Positions 25,373-39,092 are shown, counted from the stretch's first letter. The stretch: 64,000 nt of DNA from Vicugna vicugna (GCA_013265495.1 MU058444.1:2418001-2482000); one strand, 5' to 3'. Made by a program: numbers and translations. Notes: generated by a model from the letters alone, not told the origin.

Positions 25373-26438
25373 ATGAAGGCTTCATAGTTTTAAGTAGAAA
25401 CAGCCACATGTGAATGGAAATAAGATGTTTATTCCATCAACAAGTCATCCTCTCTTTATTTTTTGAACTTTAAATATTGCCTTTTTATAACTGATGGTTT
25501 TTCCTGCCGAGGTTTTTGCAACTTTCAAAGAACAGATCATTCTTATTTTTACATAATCTGTTTCAGAACTCACAGTAAGATGAAGAGCTAGCTGATAAAG
25601 TTAGCAGAAATTGCTGGTTAAAGTCTGGATCTTGGAGTCACACACCTTGGGTTGAATCCCAACTCTGCTGACCTGCTTTACAACTGTGCCCTCAGCCTCA
25701 ACTTCACTTTCCCTGTCTACAAAATGGGTGCAATTTTTCATGTCCTTCTTGCCAAGATGATTAAAGTAGCTAATTGGAAGATATGCTTTACCAGGACCTG
25801 GTCAATGACAGGTGGTCAGCAATCATGGTTAATGTTATGGTCTCTGTTTTTATTGGCACCAGAACTTGGCCCACAGACCCCAAAAGAGAAAATTAGACCA
25901 ATTTTTCTCATAAATGTAGAAGAGAAAATTCCAAATGAGAGTGTAGAAAATCAGTTTCAATAGTCTGTGAACTGACACAGCATTGTAAACTGACTATACT
26001 TCAACAATAAAAAAAAGAAAAACTGAGGCTGTGGAAAGAATCACTACTACGGCCGGTTTCTCTCTCCCCACACACCAGGATTTCCTTTTCTCCTGTCTCC
26101 GCCAGCCTCCCACGCCTCCTTCCAGAGCCTGACTCCCAGCCGATGGCTTGGCCTCACTGAGCAGTTGGAGGATGCGGAGAGACTGTCAGCTCTCGGCAGC
26201 CGTGCTTGTATTAATCTCCACTTTCTCCCCTGTCCTCTTGTCCAGACAGAGGCAGTACCTCCATCTGTGCATCAGGTCCCCACCCTCTTTGGCCAAACGG
26301 GAGACAGAGCTCTGGGGATTCTCCCCCTTCTCTGCAAGATCACGGTTGCCTTCTCTAATGAGTCATTCCCAGTAGCATCAGGCATAACATTGTTTCTCCC
26401 ATTAAAAACAACAACAACAAAAAACAAAGAAACATTGC

Positions 26439-26545
26439 AGGGAGGGTATGGCTGGCATACATGAGGTCTGGGTTCAATCCCCGGTACCTCCATTAATAAA
26501 TAAATAAATACACATAACTATTTCCCCCCACCCCCAAAAACCCCC
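26439..26545 (+). mobile_element. tRNA-derived SINE with internal deletion
   Basis: agggagggtatggct joined to ggcatacatgaggtctgggttcaatcccc, then a (TAAA)n tail. Confidence 0.8.
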
Positions 26546-26679
26546 AACCCTCTTTCAGGTCATTGCTTCTCTGCCTGCTACCCTATTTCTCTCCTTCCCT
26601 TTATAGGAAAACTCCTTCAGTGTTGCCTCTACACATTCAATTTTCCCTCTTTTATTGTCTCTGGATCCTACTTCCATTG

Positions 26680-27655
26680 GTCCTAATCATTCTGCTATGA
26701 CTTCTCCAACTGCAACAACAGAAATGTCTGGTCTCCCGGTTCTGGAAGCTAGAATCCCAAAACCAAGGTGTCAGCAGGGCCAGGTGTCCTCTGAAGGCAC
26801 TGGGGAAGGTCCCCACCTTAGCTTCTGGCTCTTCCCGTCTTCACAAGATGGTCTCTCTATGTGCTTGTCTATATCTGTGTCCAAACTACACCCCGTTTTT
26901 AATTTAAATTTTTACTTAAATTTTTAAACTTAAATTAATTTTATTTAAATTTTATTTAAAATTTTTTATTGAAGTGTAGTTGCTTTACAATGTTAGTCTC
27001 AGGTGTACAGCAAAGCAATTTGGTTACACATATACATACATATATGTTTTTTCTTTTCAGATTCTTTTCCATTGTATGTTACTAAAGATATTGAATAGAG
27101 TTCCCTGTGCTCTACAGTAGGTCCTTGTTGTTTACCTATTTTATATGTAGTAGTGTGCATCTATTAATCCCAAACTCCTAATTTATCCCTCCCCTGCCAT
27201 TTCCCCTTTGGTAACCATAGTCTGTTTTCTATGTCCAGGAGTCTGTTTTTGATTTATAAACAGAATTTGTATCTTATTTTTTAGATCCCACATATAACTG
27301 ATATCATATGATATTTGTGTTTCTCTGTCTGACTCACTTCACTTACTATCATAGTCTCTAGGTAGGTTCATCCATGTTGCTGCAAATGGCATCATTTCAT
27401 TCTTTCTTATGGCTGAGTAGTATTCCACTATCTATATAGACCATATCTTCTTTATCCATCATCTGTCAATGGACTTTTACAAACTTCCCCCATTTATGAG
27501 GACATCAGTCATACTGGATTAGGGCCCAAAGTAATGACCTCAGTTTAACTTGATTACATCTGTAAAGACCTATTTCAAATAAGTCACATTCTGAGATACT
27601 AGGGGTGGGACTTCAACCTATCTTTTTGAGGGGGATGTAGTTCAACCCATAATAT
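26680..27655. mobile_element. MaLR LTR (MLT1-like) interrupted by an antisense L1 3' fragment (~26940-27475)
   Basis: ttctggaagctagaa...aaggtgtcagcagggcc...ggacatcagtcatactggattagggccc...taacttgattacatctg...gttcaacccataa, with L1 3'UTR in the middle. Confidence 0.75.
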
Positions 27656-27689
27656 TCCATATTGCTAACCCCAAAGGCCATTTCTCAAG

Positions 27690-29240
27690 GATCATCTTAA
27701 GTGCCCATATCCAGCACCTGACACGTGTGGCTCTCTCTCTTTCCTTGAAAGATTTCTTTGTTTGGCTTCCAGGACACCACATTCACCTGTTTTCTCCTCC
27801 ACTGCTGCGCTTTCCATCTGGGTCTATTTGTCTGTTTCATTTCATCATCTTACCCTCTAAGTACCTGAGGATGCCCCAGGTGCAGCCCTGGGACTTCTCT
27901 CCTTTTTATCTACATTCACTCCATGGGGGATCATATACAATTCTATGGTGTGAAAATCCATCAGTAATTCTGCTTCTCAGATTTATCTCTGGCCTGGACT
28001 GCTCCCTGTAACTCCAGGCCCACTGTGCAAGACATGATGGACAGGCATCTCAGACTAACATGCCCCAAACCACGTTTCCGACCTTCTCCTGCACCCACTC
28101 CTCTCTGTCTCCCTCGTCTTGGTTAATGCTGACTGCCAGTTTCCCAAGCCAAAACCCACAGTGTGATCTTGTATTTCTATTCTTTCTTTTACGATCTACA
28201 TTCACTCCATTGGCAAATCTTACTGGCTTTATCTTCAAAATATTTCTGCAACACAATCCTTTTTACTACTCCCACTGCGGCCACTCTGGTCCCTCACCCA
28301 GTTATCATGGCGGCCCCCCCGGTGGGGTCACCCCTCCTGCTGCTGCTCCTGGGCAGCCTGTTCCCCACACAGCAGCAAGAATGATCGGCTCGCCGTAGTC
28401 AGACCCCTCCAGTGCACGTCTACTGCATGCAGGGAAAATCCAAAGTCCTTTTTACGATCTTTGAGTCCTTAGTGGTCTGGCCATTTCCCTTCCACCTCCC
28501 TCTCTCCCCCCCGTCCTCCTCTGTGATCCAGCCCCACTGGACCACACACTTTCCCTTTGAAGACATCAGATGTGATCTTACTTCGCTGTCTTTGAACTGG
28601 CCAGTCCCTCAGCCTTGGCTCTTCTTCCCCAGACAACCACGTGGTTTGCACCCTAGGTAATATAAGTCTTCGTTCTAAATGCATCTTTCCCCTGACCTCT
28701 CCCTCCATCTAAACTTTTAACCTCTCTCCCCTACAGCATTTTTTATCCCCCTTCCCTGCTTCATTTCCTCTCTGGCACTTAAAACTTCATGTCCTCCACT
28801 CTCTATTTAATATTGTCTGCCCCCCACATGCACATGCACACGAGAATGTACCCTTGGAAACCGAGTAGTAAACTTGGCTATTGGCTGGACTTCGGGGAAC
28901 GAGAAAGGTCAGGAACCACCAACTCCCACTGCAGGATTCATGCAGGCATTTATTTATTCAGTAAATATAAAGTCCTGCTGTCTGTTGGGCACTGCTCTAA
29001 ATACCTGGGAAAACCCAGTGAACAAAACAGGCCAAGATCCTGACCCTCACGGGGCTCACATTCCAGTGAGGCAAGACAGTCAAAATCATGAAAAAGGACA
29101 ACTGAGTAAATCATTTAATATGTTAGCTAGTGGTAAAGGCTATGGAGAAAACAGGAGAGGTAAAGGAGGGTTGGGATTTCAGGGAGGGGGGTGTTTTGCA
29201 GTTTTAAACAACATGGTCCCAGCAGGCCTCCTTGTGAAGC
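27690..29240. mobile_element. Degenerate L2 fragments
   Basis: L2-like motifs (caggcatctcagactaacatg, ctttatcttcaaaatatt, cattcaggcatttatttattcagtaaata...gtgaacaaaacagg). Confidence 0.55.
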
Positions 29241-29735
29241 TGCAGCTGGGAATGAGGAAGCGGTGAGGAAATTGAAATTTCACGTGTAATCCAAATAAGA
29301 AAGGGGTCCGAGAGAAGGGGGCAGGGTGCTTGGTGTTCTTTTGCTCAGTGGTGTTCCTAGTGGCTCTTTGAACGAAGCATCAGGACTGTGTATCTGTTTA
29401 TAAAGCCTGCTAACTAAGAAAAATGGCAGAATTTACAGGCCATTCTAGACGTTCGGAATGGCAAACCTGTGTGTGCTATACGTGTGTGTGTTAGAAACAT
29501 CTGACCCATATCTTGTGGACCACAACTGACCAGCCCAATAAGATGTAAAAGGAGAAAATTGTTGTATCTATTGTACAGGAGGCTATGAAACTGTCATTAT
29601 TTACAGAGATTGAAGGTATGCCTGGGAAAAGCAATGATCAGCTGGAAACTCAACTCTATTAAACTAATGAGATTTCAGGAAAGAATGAAAAATCAATTAA
29701 GTTTTGCCCAGTTTCATTTAAATGGAGCAGAAAAC

Positions 29736-30307
29736 TGTCAAAGGTTCAGAAATAGCCAAAGTGAAACCAATGAATCACCAAAGTAGTAATCAGTAAAAGT
29801 TTATTGTGAATGTATCAAAAAGACAGCTTGCAAACCAGGAGCACTCAAATAAAACACAGGTTGAGGCTCAGGGGTATATAGTTATAAAGCAGGTTTTTTA
29901 AATTTTATTTTATTTTGCTTTCCTTTATTTATTTGATGCAGTGCTGGGGAGTGCACCCAGAGCCTCGTGCATGCTAAGCACACACTCTGCCACCGAGCTA
30001 TACCCTCCCCCACTACAGCAGCTTTTATATATAGCGAGAAAGCAGTGACTGTTTATCCTTTACAGTGATTGGTTATAACGTTAGAATTTTCTTAAATGAT
30101 AGGGAGTTGGTCAGCGGTTGCCTCATAGTCAACCCTGGGAAACAGGTAAAGGTTTGCTTCTGATTTCCAGGGGCATAAGCAAGAAATGGCCCAGGTCAGG
30201 TTAGTCTCAGAAAACAAGCTAAATTAAGCCTTGTTTATGTGACTAAATTGGTTTTGTCTGCGCGGGGAGTTGTCAAGGCTGGTCTCCCTTTGTTTCTGAT
30301 TCTAACA
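29736..30307 (-). mobile_element. Putative solo LTR
   Basis: TG...CA ends, AATAAA on the minus strand (tttatt ~29800), CCAAT on the minus strand (attgg ~30068). Contains a SINE. Confidence 0.5.
29895..30011 (-). mobile_element. tRNA-Ala-derived SINE, inserted in a putative LTR
   Basis: gcctcgtgcatgctaagcacacactctgccaccgagctataccctcccc. Confidence 0.85.
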
Positions 30308-31453
30308 AAGCTTAAATTAAATTTGTGTGAATCTCCCTCCTTTGTTGAAATCCCACCAAAAACCAACTTAAAATGCATAAAAGCACAAGAACCAAGAAAT
30401 CTCAAGAGGAGACCACAGCAGATAAAAGATGCCAATACCGTTTTAGAAGCAGAAAGCAGAGGGATGAGTGGGGACTGGGAAGAAATCTGGAGAGGCCCGG
30501 TGTCTGTGACTGACGGGGGTGGGGGGTGGGCAGAGGTAGAGAAATTAAAAAGAAACAAGCCAAATCACACCACGGGACTACAGGAGGTTTGGAATAAACC
30601 CGGAAGAGACTGTGGTAGCGCCAGGCATGGGAAACTGGAGGACTCTATGGGAAACCTACATGGAGACCCTTTTGGACCACAAAGTCACACTCTTCCCCAG
30701 AGCACAAGACGGGGGTTTGCTCTCAGGAGAGACTGAACAAGAGCCATGAACTCAGGGACACTGGGCGCAGCTGAGGGAAGTGGTGTGATCATTTGAGGAC
30801 CTCCTCCAACATGGAACACGGAGATCAAAACAAAGAAAGAGAAAAATAAGGTCTAAGGAAACGGGAACCATGCAGGCAGCAGCAGGGGGCTCCAAGAAGC
30901 AAGAAGAGGGTAGTTTAAGAAAGATATATTCCAAGAGAAAGTGGTGGGGACCTAGAAATTCAGTAAAACGAGTGGAAGTTAAAGTTAAGAAAATCTTGCA
31001 GATGTTGGAGCAAGGAGACAAAGAAAAGGAAGATAAAAGAGATGAGGAAAAATAGAGAATTAGTCCAGGAGGTCAGACATCCAAAGACATCCTAAAAGAG
31101 AGGAGGAAAAAAAGAGGGGGAAGTTATTTTTTAAAAATTAATACAATAAACTTCTAGAACTGAAGGCACAAATTTCTGGATTACAAGATACCACCAAAAG
31201 CAAAAAGGCTTGTCCAAGGCATAACCTTGTGAAATTTCAGAACACCATGAAGGGAGCATCCAAGAGCTTTCGGACAGACCGGGCATGTGATGCACGAAGG
31301 ACGGGGAGCCAGATGGCTCAGGAGTTTTACCAGTGATACTGGGAGCTCCAAGATAACTATGCAATTGATGCCTTTGAAATTTCTCATGAAAGTGATTTGG
31401 GGGGGGTTGATAATTAGTGATTGATGCCTTACAATTTTGCACAGAAGTGATTT

Positions 31454-31563
31454 GGGGGGTAATTAGCTTTATTTATTTGTTTTTAATGGAGGTACTGGGG
31501 ACTGAAGCCAGGACCTCATGCACGCCAAGCACGCACTCTACCACTGAGCTATACCCTCCCCCT
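31454..31563 (-). mobile_element. tRNA-Ala-derived SINE
   Basis: SINE body on the minus strand. TSD gcacagaa(g/a)tgattt at 31439-31453 and 31564-31578. Confidence 0.88.
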
Positions 31564-33160
31564 GCACAGAAATGATTTAAACCTAGACTTCTCTACCCAG
31601 TGAAATGACCAACCAAGTGTGAAGGTAGAATAATAATATTTTCACAGTAACAGATCTCTCAATAATATACTTCCTGCGCTTTCCTCCAAAATGAGAGTGA
31701 CTCTAGAAGGTAAGTCAGAAAATAGGACAGGGACGGGGTGGGGTGCGCCACAGAATGATAGTGAGGAGGCCCCAGGATGGCAGGTCCACTGTGGCCTGGA
31801 AGCCGCTGGTCCAGAGGTATGGGGGGCTCCAGCACAGAGATCGCCAAGAACAGCAGGAAACATGATGTCACCTACCAAACATCCTGAAAGGAGATTTTGC
31901 ACCTCTGGGAGGATATTTAGAGATGTGTAAGTGAGAGAAACAGTTAAAATGATGATAATAAGCCAACTTTTAAAAAATGAGCTAATTTTGACTCTAGGGG
32001 GAAAAGTCACGTTTTAAAGGGAATGCACTGGAAATGACATCACTCTAATAATGTAAGCACAATATTGACTGAACGAACAATGGTGTCACCCACCATGTGT
32101 TCCCACATGTGGGCACCACATGTGTGTTTCTGTGGGGCTGGGGGAGGGTGCTGAAAGAGGGCTGCCCTGCCATGTTCCATAGTGGAAAGTCAAGAAATAA
32201 TTATATGAACCTGAAAAAGAAAAGAAGAGTTGTATACGCTTATTATGACTTAAGACTGTGCACATAACTACAGGTAAATGGATTAGAAGTGCTCCCCCTA
32301 GGGGTGGGGGGTAATCCAGGGAGGTGAGCGGTGGGGCAGAGGAGTACGTTTCATTATAAGCCCTATTGAGTGTAAAAAATAATAAATGCCTGTACATAAT
32401 AGGTGCCCCCAATCTAGTAGCTACCACTTTTTTAAATCAATAATTTCCTTATAGCTCAGAAACTGCCAGTTAAAAAATAAAAGAAATAAAAAAGAATCTA
32501 CTCATATTCATTACAAACAACTATAAAGTATCTACTAACCACCCTAACAAGAAATGGGTAGGATCTATGAAGAAAAATTAAAACCTCAACGGAGAGATAC
32601 ACAAACCTGAATAGAGTGACGTCTCATTCACAGATGAGAAGGTGCCAGTTCATCTCCCAACAACTAACAGTCTGAAAGGAATCCCAGTCAGAATGCCGAT
32701 AATTGTTTGGTTTGGGTTTTGATTTTTGCGGTCATTTGACAATTACTCTTCTAAAGTTAACCGGAAAGAACATTCTGAAAAAGAATTTGAGGACATAGCT
32801 GTCAACATGAAATCATACAAGGTTCCAGTAACTAAAAGGGACTTGCTAGCACAAGAGCCAACGGGTCGAGGGAACAGAGCACGTGTCCCCAGACAGAACC
32901 CCACATCGGGGGAGAAACTGTCCCAGAGGCTCTGTGGCATGGAGACCAAGAGCATGGCCGGAGAGGGGCCAACCCACCAGGGTGCAAACCCTGGCTCTGC
33001 CCCCACTAGCTGTGTGTCGGAGTGCGAGTTGTTGAACCACTCTGTGCCTCAGTTTTCCCATTTCAAATATGGAAATAATAAAAAGTCCCTCTCCGGGCGA
33101 CATGTAAGGATTCAGAGCAGAGCCTTGCTTATCATTGTGGTGTTTACCATCACAAGCCCG

Positions 33161-33318
33161 CAGGGCCAGCTTCATGGCGGTGTGACCAGTGCAGTCACAC
33201 AGGGCCTGCTCTTACAAAGGCCCTGCTGTCACCATATTAAAACTCTTAAGAAGCTTTGATCAAGGAGTCTTGTGTTTTCATTTTGCAGTGGGCCTGGCAA
33301 TTTATATAGTGAGTCCAG
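33161..33318. mobile_element. MER45-like hAT MITE
   Basis: cagggccagcttcatgg...gtgcagtcacacagggcc...ttttcattttgcagtgggcc matches the recalled MER45A consensus. Confidence 0.7.
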
Positions 33319-35640
33319 CAAGTCGTTCAGGACAAGGATGAATTATTCAACCAACGGTGCTGAGGAAACAGATCCCCTCACGAGGGAGAGGGGGCAGGTT
33401 TAAGTTAGGTCCTCATTTCACACTATGTGGTGCACTAGGAACGTTAACTGCACAGCTTACATCAAAACTCCATGTTCTGAATTTTAATGAGCACTGGTTT
33501 AAACCCATGATGAATTTTACATTTAAAAATCAATGATGTATATTTTCTAATACTGTTCACGGAATAGGCCTAGAAACAAGAACCCAATAGCAAGGAACAC
33601 TCCTACTCCCTGCATGTGGTCTTGTAACACCTCTTCCCAATAAAGGGAGCTCGGTGCCCTGAGAAGTGGCTGATTCCAGAACTTGCACAGGAAATGTGCA
33701 AGATGAGCCTCCGTGGAGCCGGGAACAGGAACTGCAGATGGAAATCCTGTCATCCCAGAAAGGAAGTCAGCAAAGACCATGTGGACGTGTCAGTTAGAAG
33801 AGGTTCCCACTGGCCAAAGATGGGATGATCTGAGCAGCAGTGAGAATGACCACCGCAGTGGGTGATCATGTGTGTTTAGATGCATGAGTGCATATGGTTG
33901 TTCAAGAGAGAAAACCTTCATATCATCTGAAAGAACCAACTCATTATTTTGCAAACTGACAAATACAGACTGAAAAAAATCAAGCATTTATCCTGCCGTT
34001 ATTAGATGAAATGAACCTCAGGGTAACCAAACAATTCATAAGAGGAAGTTTCTCTTTGTAGAGGAATTCTAGCTAAATGATGAAGAATTGGAGTATCACC
34101 ATTTTGCAACCCCTTATGACAGTGAATCTAGGCAGTGATCATCAGTGACCACCAATATCACAAAAAAACTAACTGTGCATTAAATGCCCCTGATGGAAGT
34201 TAAAACACTGATCAAGCCTTTAGATCTATTACAGCAAATACAGGGGACAGAAGGACATGTTAAATGCCACCTTTAGAATGCAATCAGCAAAATCTAGACT
34301 ATGGGAAACCTTGCAGGATGAATGACCCTGCTTCTTCAACTAATAAATTGGAAGGAAAAAACTCAGAGAGGGAAAGGAAACCTCTAGGTGATAAAAGAGA
34401 CAGGAACTCATTGGAATGTATGGACCTTATCTGTACTGATTCAAACTATAAACAACAACAAAAACAACAAGGAGACAGAAAAATCTGAACATTTGCTAGC
34501 TTTTAAAACATGATATTCAAGAACAATTGATAAGTATTTCTGGCTGTGACAGTGGTGTTATGGTTATATTTTTTTTTTTCAATTTCTTACCTTTGGAGAT
34601 ATACATGAACATATTTACAGATAAAATCAAATGATACCTGTGATTTGTTTAAAGTAATATTGAGGGTGGGGAGAAAGTAGAAGGGTATAGGTAAAACAAG
34701 ACTGGCCATGAGTTGAAACTGGGGCATGGGATATATGGGAGTTTACTATTTTGTGTATATGTTTACATTTTTCCATTAAAAGTTAGAAAACATATGTCCA
34801 GGCAGGAAAAAACGTTTACTTGTGAAAAGATGTTTACACTGTATGAAATATATAAGTAAATATTTCACTGATTTGAGTGACTTTCTAAGCATAAAATAAA
34901 TGAATAACATACTAAGGAAAAGACTGCTACTTTACACAACATTGTAAAATGACTATAACTCAATTAAAAAAGTTAAAAAAAAAAGAATAGTTACTAAAGC
35001 CACAAAAAAAAGACTGCTACTTTAAAATAAAAACTAAAAATGTGTGCATGCTTTTAAAACATCATAAAATTAAAATAAACACTAAGAAAAAAATACTTGC
35101 AACATAGGACAAATAAAAGGCTAAAGTGTTTAAAATATAAGGGAATTAATAATAATAGCTAATACAGTGTGCTTATAATGCACTAGGCACTTGTATAAGC
35201 ACTTTATAAAACCCATCAGCTATTATAAAATGGAAAAAGTACAAATATTCCTTGGTCTAATAGGTATCTCCTAGAAGAAGTTCAAATAATCAATAAACAA
35301 ATAAGTATATATTTAACTTCATAATAGTCAAATAGTTGCAATTTAAATTGTACTAAGATTTTAACCCATCAACATAGTGAAGACTGGTATTAATGATTAA
35401 CACCTCTTGTTGATGGTTCAGGGAAGTGGCTGACTTCTTACCTTGCTAGTGGGCATGTAAGTCGGAAGAATCTTTTTTGGAGAGCCATTGAGCAATATTA
35501 ACTGAGTCTGGAAAACATTTTTACCTTTGAGCACATTATTATGCTCTCAGGAATTCACAGCATTGACATGATCAGAGATGCATATACAGGCGTGAGTGTT
35601 AGGCAGTTCATAAGAGTTTTCTCTGCAATCAAGAAAAATT

Positions 35641-35791
35641 GGGTGGGGGGTATAGTTCAATGGTAGAGTGCATGCTTAGCATGCAAAAGGTCCTGGGTTC
35701 AATCCCCAGTACCTCTATTAAATAAATAAATAAACCTAATTACCTTACCCCCCAAAGACAAATTAAAAATGATTTTTTCAATTATGAAAAA
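35641..35791 (+). mobile_element. tRNA-Ala-derived SINE
   Basis: A and B boxes, (TAAA)n, cctaattacc tail. TSD aagaaaaattgg on both sides. Confidence 0.9.
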
Positions 35792-36660
35792 AAGAAAAAT
35801 TGGAAGCAACCCAAATTCCAAAAAGGAAAAAGGAACATTTAAATAAATTGTAAAACATCAATACCTTAGAATACTAGGGAATTATTCAAGTCATGTTGTC
35901 AAGTGGAAAATAACCCATCAACAAGTGAATGGGTACTTTAATTGTGGAGTATCTATGTAATGAAACATTACTCAGCAACAAAAAAGAATAAATAACTGAC
36001 ATACACAGCAGCATGAATGAATCTCAAAACATTATACAGAGCAAAAAAAAGAGTCAGACAAAAAAGGGAGAATATACTGTTTGAATCCATTCATATGGAA
36101 TTCTAGAACAGGTAAAACATATCTCTAACTAAAAGAAGTCACATTCGTGGTTGCCTCTCAGGTGAGTCCAGTGGTTGATCTGGAAGGAACGCGAGGCACC
36201 TTTCTGGAAGGATGGAAATGTTCTATTTCTTGATGGGTGTGTGTTAATTGGGTATATCCTTTTGTCAAACTCACTCCCCTTTACCTACTTAACTTCTGCT
36301 CAGACTTCATGTAAGCTCTTGCTTTTGATTCTAAATAAATTTGACCTCAAAAGATATTTTCCAGGATTTAATAAAACAGGTAAGATTTTCAAATTACAGT
36401 CTTAATAGAAAAAAAATGCTATGCATATAACACAATCCTAATTATATTTAAAAAATAAATGAAAATGGGTAAAGATACAGAGATAGAAATGGCAGGAAGG
36501 ATGTATTCCACTCAACATGTACACCTTTCATCATTAGAGAAAACAGTGAGTATTCTCCAAACCATGCTTTATGCAGAATTCCCCCCTTTACCTTTACATT
36601 CCAGCTTTGGCCTCCTTACAGTTCCTCAAATACAGAACTTGTTTCCTGTGCCCCTGACAA

Positions 36661-36686
36661 CCTCCTCCTCCTCCTCCTCCTCCTCC
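36661..36686. repeat. (CCT)n microsatellite
   Basis: Direct reading. Confidence 0.9.
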
Positions 36687-36789
36687 ACCCTCCAGCTACT
36701 TAATTCCCACTGCATCTGGAGTCAGCCAAGCCACAAGGTCAAGGGTGCGTCCTCTAGCCTGCCAAGTCGGCTGAGACTTCTGATACTGA

Positions 36790-37390
36790 CTGCAAGCTTA
36801 GCGGTTTCCCAGAACCACCCTCAGAGTCAGTCATCTGCCACAGAGGCTCAATTCCCAGAAACCTATTATACTCGTGGCTCCATTTAGTACAGAGAAAGAA
36901 TACAAATAAGAAACAGCCAAAGTTGGGAGAGACGCACAGGGCAGTCTGGTCAGTTTCCAAACGTGGCGCTTCTGTCGTCCTTGGGCACGTTACCCTCCTA
37001 GTATTTATATGTTACAATATGCATGGAGCATTGTCCATCCAGGAAGCTTACCGAGCTCGGGTGTCCTAAGTTTTTACTGAGGGTTCATTCCATAAGCATG
37101 ATTGATTGATTGATCAATTGCAGACATGGTTGAATTCAATCTCAAAGTATTTCTGGCTTCCTGGCTGTGGTCAGCTTCCACTCTAAGACTATTGGGTGTG
37201 TTCGTCCCCACCCTGAGAAACTCCTTAGCATGAACATGAATCAGGTGTGTTCTGAGGGGCTCACCATGAATAACAAAGACATTTTTGCTGTCGCCCGGGA
37301 AACTCCAGGGTTTACAGGTTACTTCCCAGGAACTGGGTGGGGCAGGGCTAGGGCGGGAGGCCAGACTTCACATTCTTATACACAGCACGG
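36790..37390. mobile_element. ERV LTR fragment (MER21-like)
   Basis: gagacgcacagggcag...tttttactgagggttcattccataagcatgattgattg resembles MER21-family LTRs. Confidence 0.5.
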
Positions 37391-37524
37391 GCATGTAAAT
37401 AATGCTCCCCACCCCCTCCCAGTTCCAAAACTCTAGGATCATATCTGAATTTGCTCCCAGTCTCATCCCTGGCGCCTAACTGGTAGCAGACGTTGAGAGT
37501 CTGCATAACATAGAAGTTGATAGC

Positions 37525-37760
37525 ATGGAATTGGCGGAGTCTGAATTTGAATGTTGGCTCTTCTTTTCACGAACTGAGTTAACCCTGACGGGTTACTTAA
37601 CCTCTCGTTGCCTAACTGTCCTCATCTGTAAATCGGGGGTAAGGGCAGTACCTATTTTGGAGAGTTGCAATGAGTATTAAATGAACATCAGACATCGGTT
37701 AAGTTCACAGAATAGCACCTGGCACAGAGTAAAAGCTAGATAAATGTCTGATATTATTAA
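37525..37760 (+). mobile_element. MIR SINE (other MIR pieces at ~7975-8125, ~25615-25730, ~32975-33115, ~50790-50885)
   Basis: gttacttaacctctc...ctcatctgtaaa...gtacct...attaaatga...gcacctggcacagagtaa is the MIR core. Confidence 0.75.
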
Positions 37761-38415
37761 GTGCTCAATAAATGATCGCTGATTGAATAGCTGTCTGGCA
37801 TATGAGAGAGGCTTAGCAAATATTAATGGAAAGAATAAAAAATAAGATTTTCTTCTCTAGCAGATTTTCTATTTCTCTATTAACAATGTATTAATTTGAA
37901 CATGTCCTCAATAGGCCTGATTTTCAGCTCTCAAATCAACTATCATTCTAAAGATTATACAGCTCAATAAAATGTGTAGAAAAGTACAGAAAAGTTCCAG
38001 AGTCTTTTTGCCTCTCCAGCAGGCTGTACCCTCAACTGTACAGTGAGGGGCTGAATTACATAGGGTTCAAAGTGTCTCCCAATGCCAACAAAACGTTATT
38101 TGTCCTTAGGAAACAAACTAGATATAACAACAGAGAAGATCATTTTACAAGGAGGCATGAAACCTTTGAATGTGTAAGTTTACATTAAAAAAAAAAAGGA
38201 ACAAAGAGAACATTCAGTTGATTACCAAAACCCATCTTTAACACGTGAAAACATAGGCCTGAACTGTGGCAATGAATTTTTATTAATTTGATGGCATTTG
38301 ACTCCCTGGCAAATCATACACTAAGGCCATAGAAATGGTTTATTTTATCTTCTCACTTGAACTGGCCTACTCTGCGTATCTGTAAGGTGACATAATAGAA
38401 TCAGTAATGTCTCCA

Positions 38416-38549
38416 GCGGGGGAGGGTGTAGCTCAGTGGTAGAGCGCACAAGTAGCATGCACGAGGTCCTGGGTTCAATCCCCAGTCCCTCCATTAAATA
38501 AGTAAGTGAATAAACCTAATTACCACCCCCCCAAAAAAGCAAACAAAAA
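38416..38549 (+). mobile_element. tRNA-Ala-derived SINE
   Basis: ggggagggtgtagctcagtggtagagcg...gggttcaatcccc. TSD cagtaatgtc(t/a)cca. Confidence 0.9.
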
Positions 38550-38871
38550 CAGTAATGTCACCAAACAAGTGGTGAAACACCGTCAGATAATACCATTCAC
38601 AACTAGAAAAAGTTCATTTTGGTTACAAAGTCATGCACGTACATTTGAATACAATAACCAAATGTCTGTAAGTTACGATTCAGCAATTACTAACTTATTT
38701 AATAATGAAAAGTAAAGATGTCCCAACCACTCCTCTTACCATGCTCATTTCCCCAAGGTAGCGAGTGTTACCAATGGGTTCTCCCTGCTTCTCTGCGTGT
38801 ACACACAATAAAAATAGATGCCCCTGTTGTGCAAGGTACTTGTAAAATGTTACTTTTTCTTGCCATTGTAG

Positions 38872-39092
38872 TGTTGCCACAGGCGGTCACCCAGTTTGAA
38901 GAGTTGGTGGGGATGGCCGAGGCCCTGCTCAAGGGTGGAGGAACCCTGACCACGGCGGCGTCCACCCTCTGGAGAGCAACAAATAACTCCTCACCAGACT
39001 CATTTGCCTCCACGTGCAGCAATTCTAATTCTAATTCCAGTTCACCGATTTCCCTGAAAGCTGAAGAGGAGCATCATGCGGACGAGAAACAG
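38872..39092 (+). CDS. BEND6: BEND6 coding exon 3 (VLPQAVTQFEELVGMAEALLKGGG...EEEHHADEKQ; Ser/Asn-rich linker)
   Basis: Acceptor tttttcttgccattgtag|TG, donor CAG|gtcagc. 221 nt, phase 1 to 0, in frame with both neighbours. Confidence 0.96.

Larger units (their letters stand above)
30950..36350 (+). mobile_element. Ancient LINE-1 remnants (ORF1-like, ORF2-like and 3'UTR pieces) with younger insertions
   Basis: A-rich sense strand. Motifs aaacctagacttctctacccag, aaattggaagcaacccaa, gaatgaatctcaaaacattat and gatggaaatgttctatttcttgat. Confidence 0.6.

Noticed and set aside
38416..38495. tRNA-Ala(AGC) genes (this and the 12 similar copies)
   Set aside because: All have SINE AT-rich tails, TSDs and stem-breaking mutations, so they are tRNA-derived SINEs rather than functional tRNAs.
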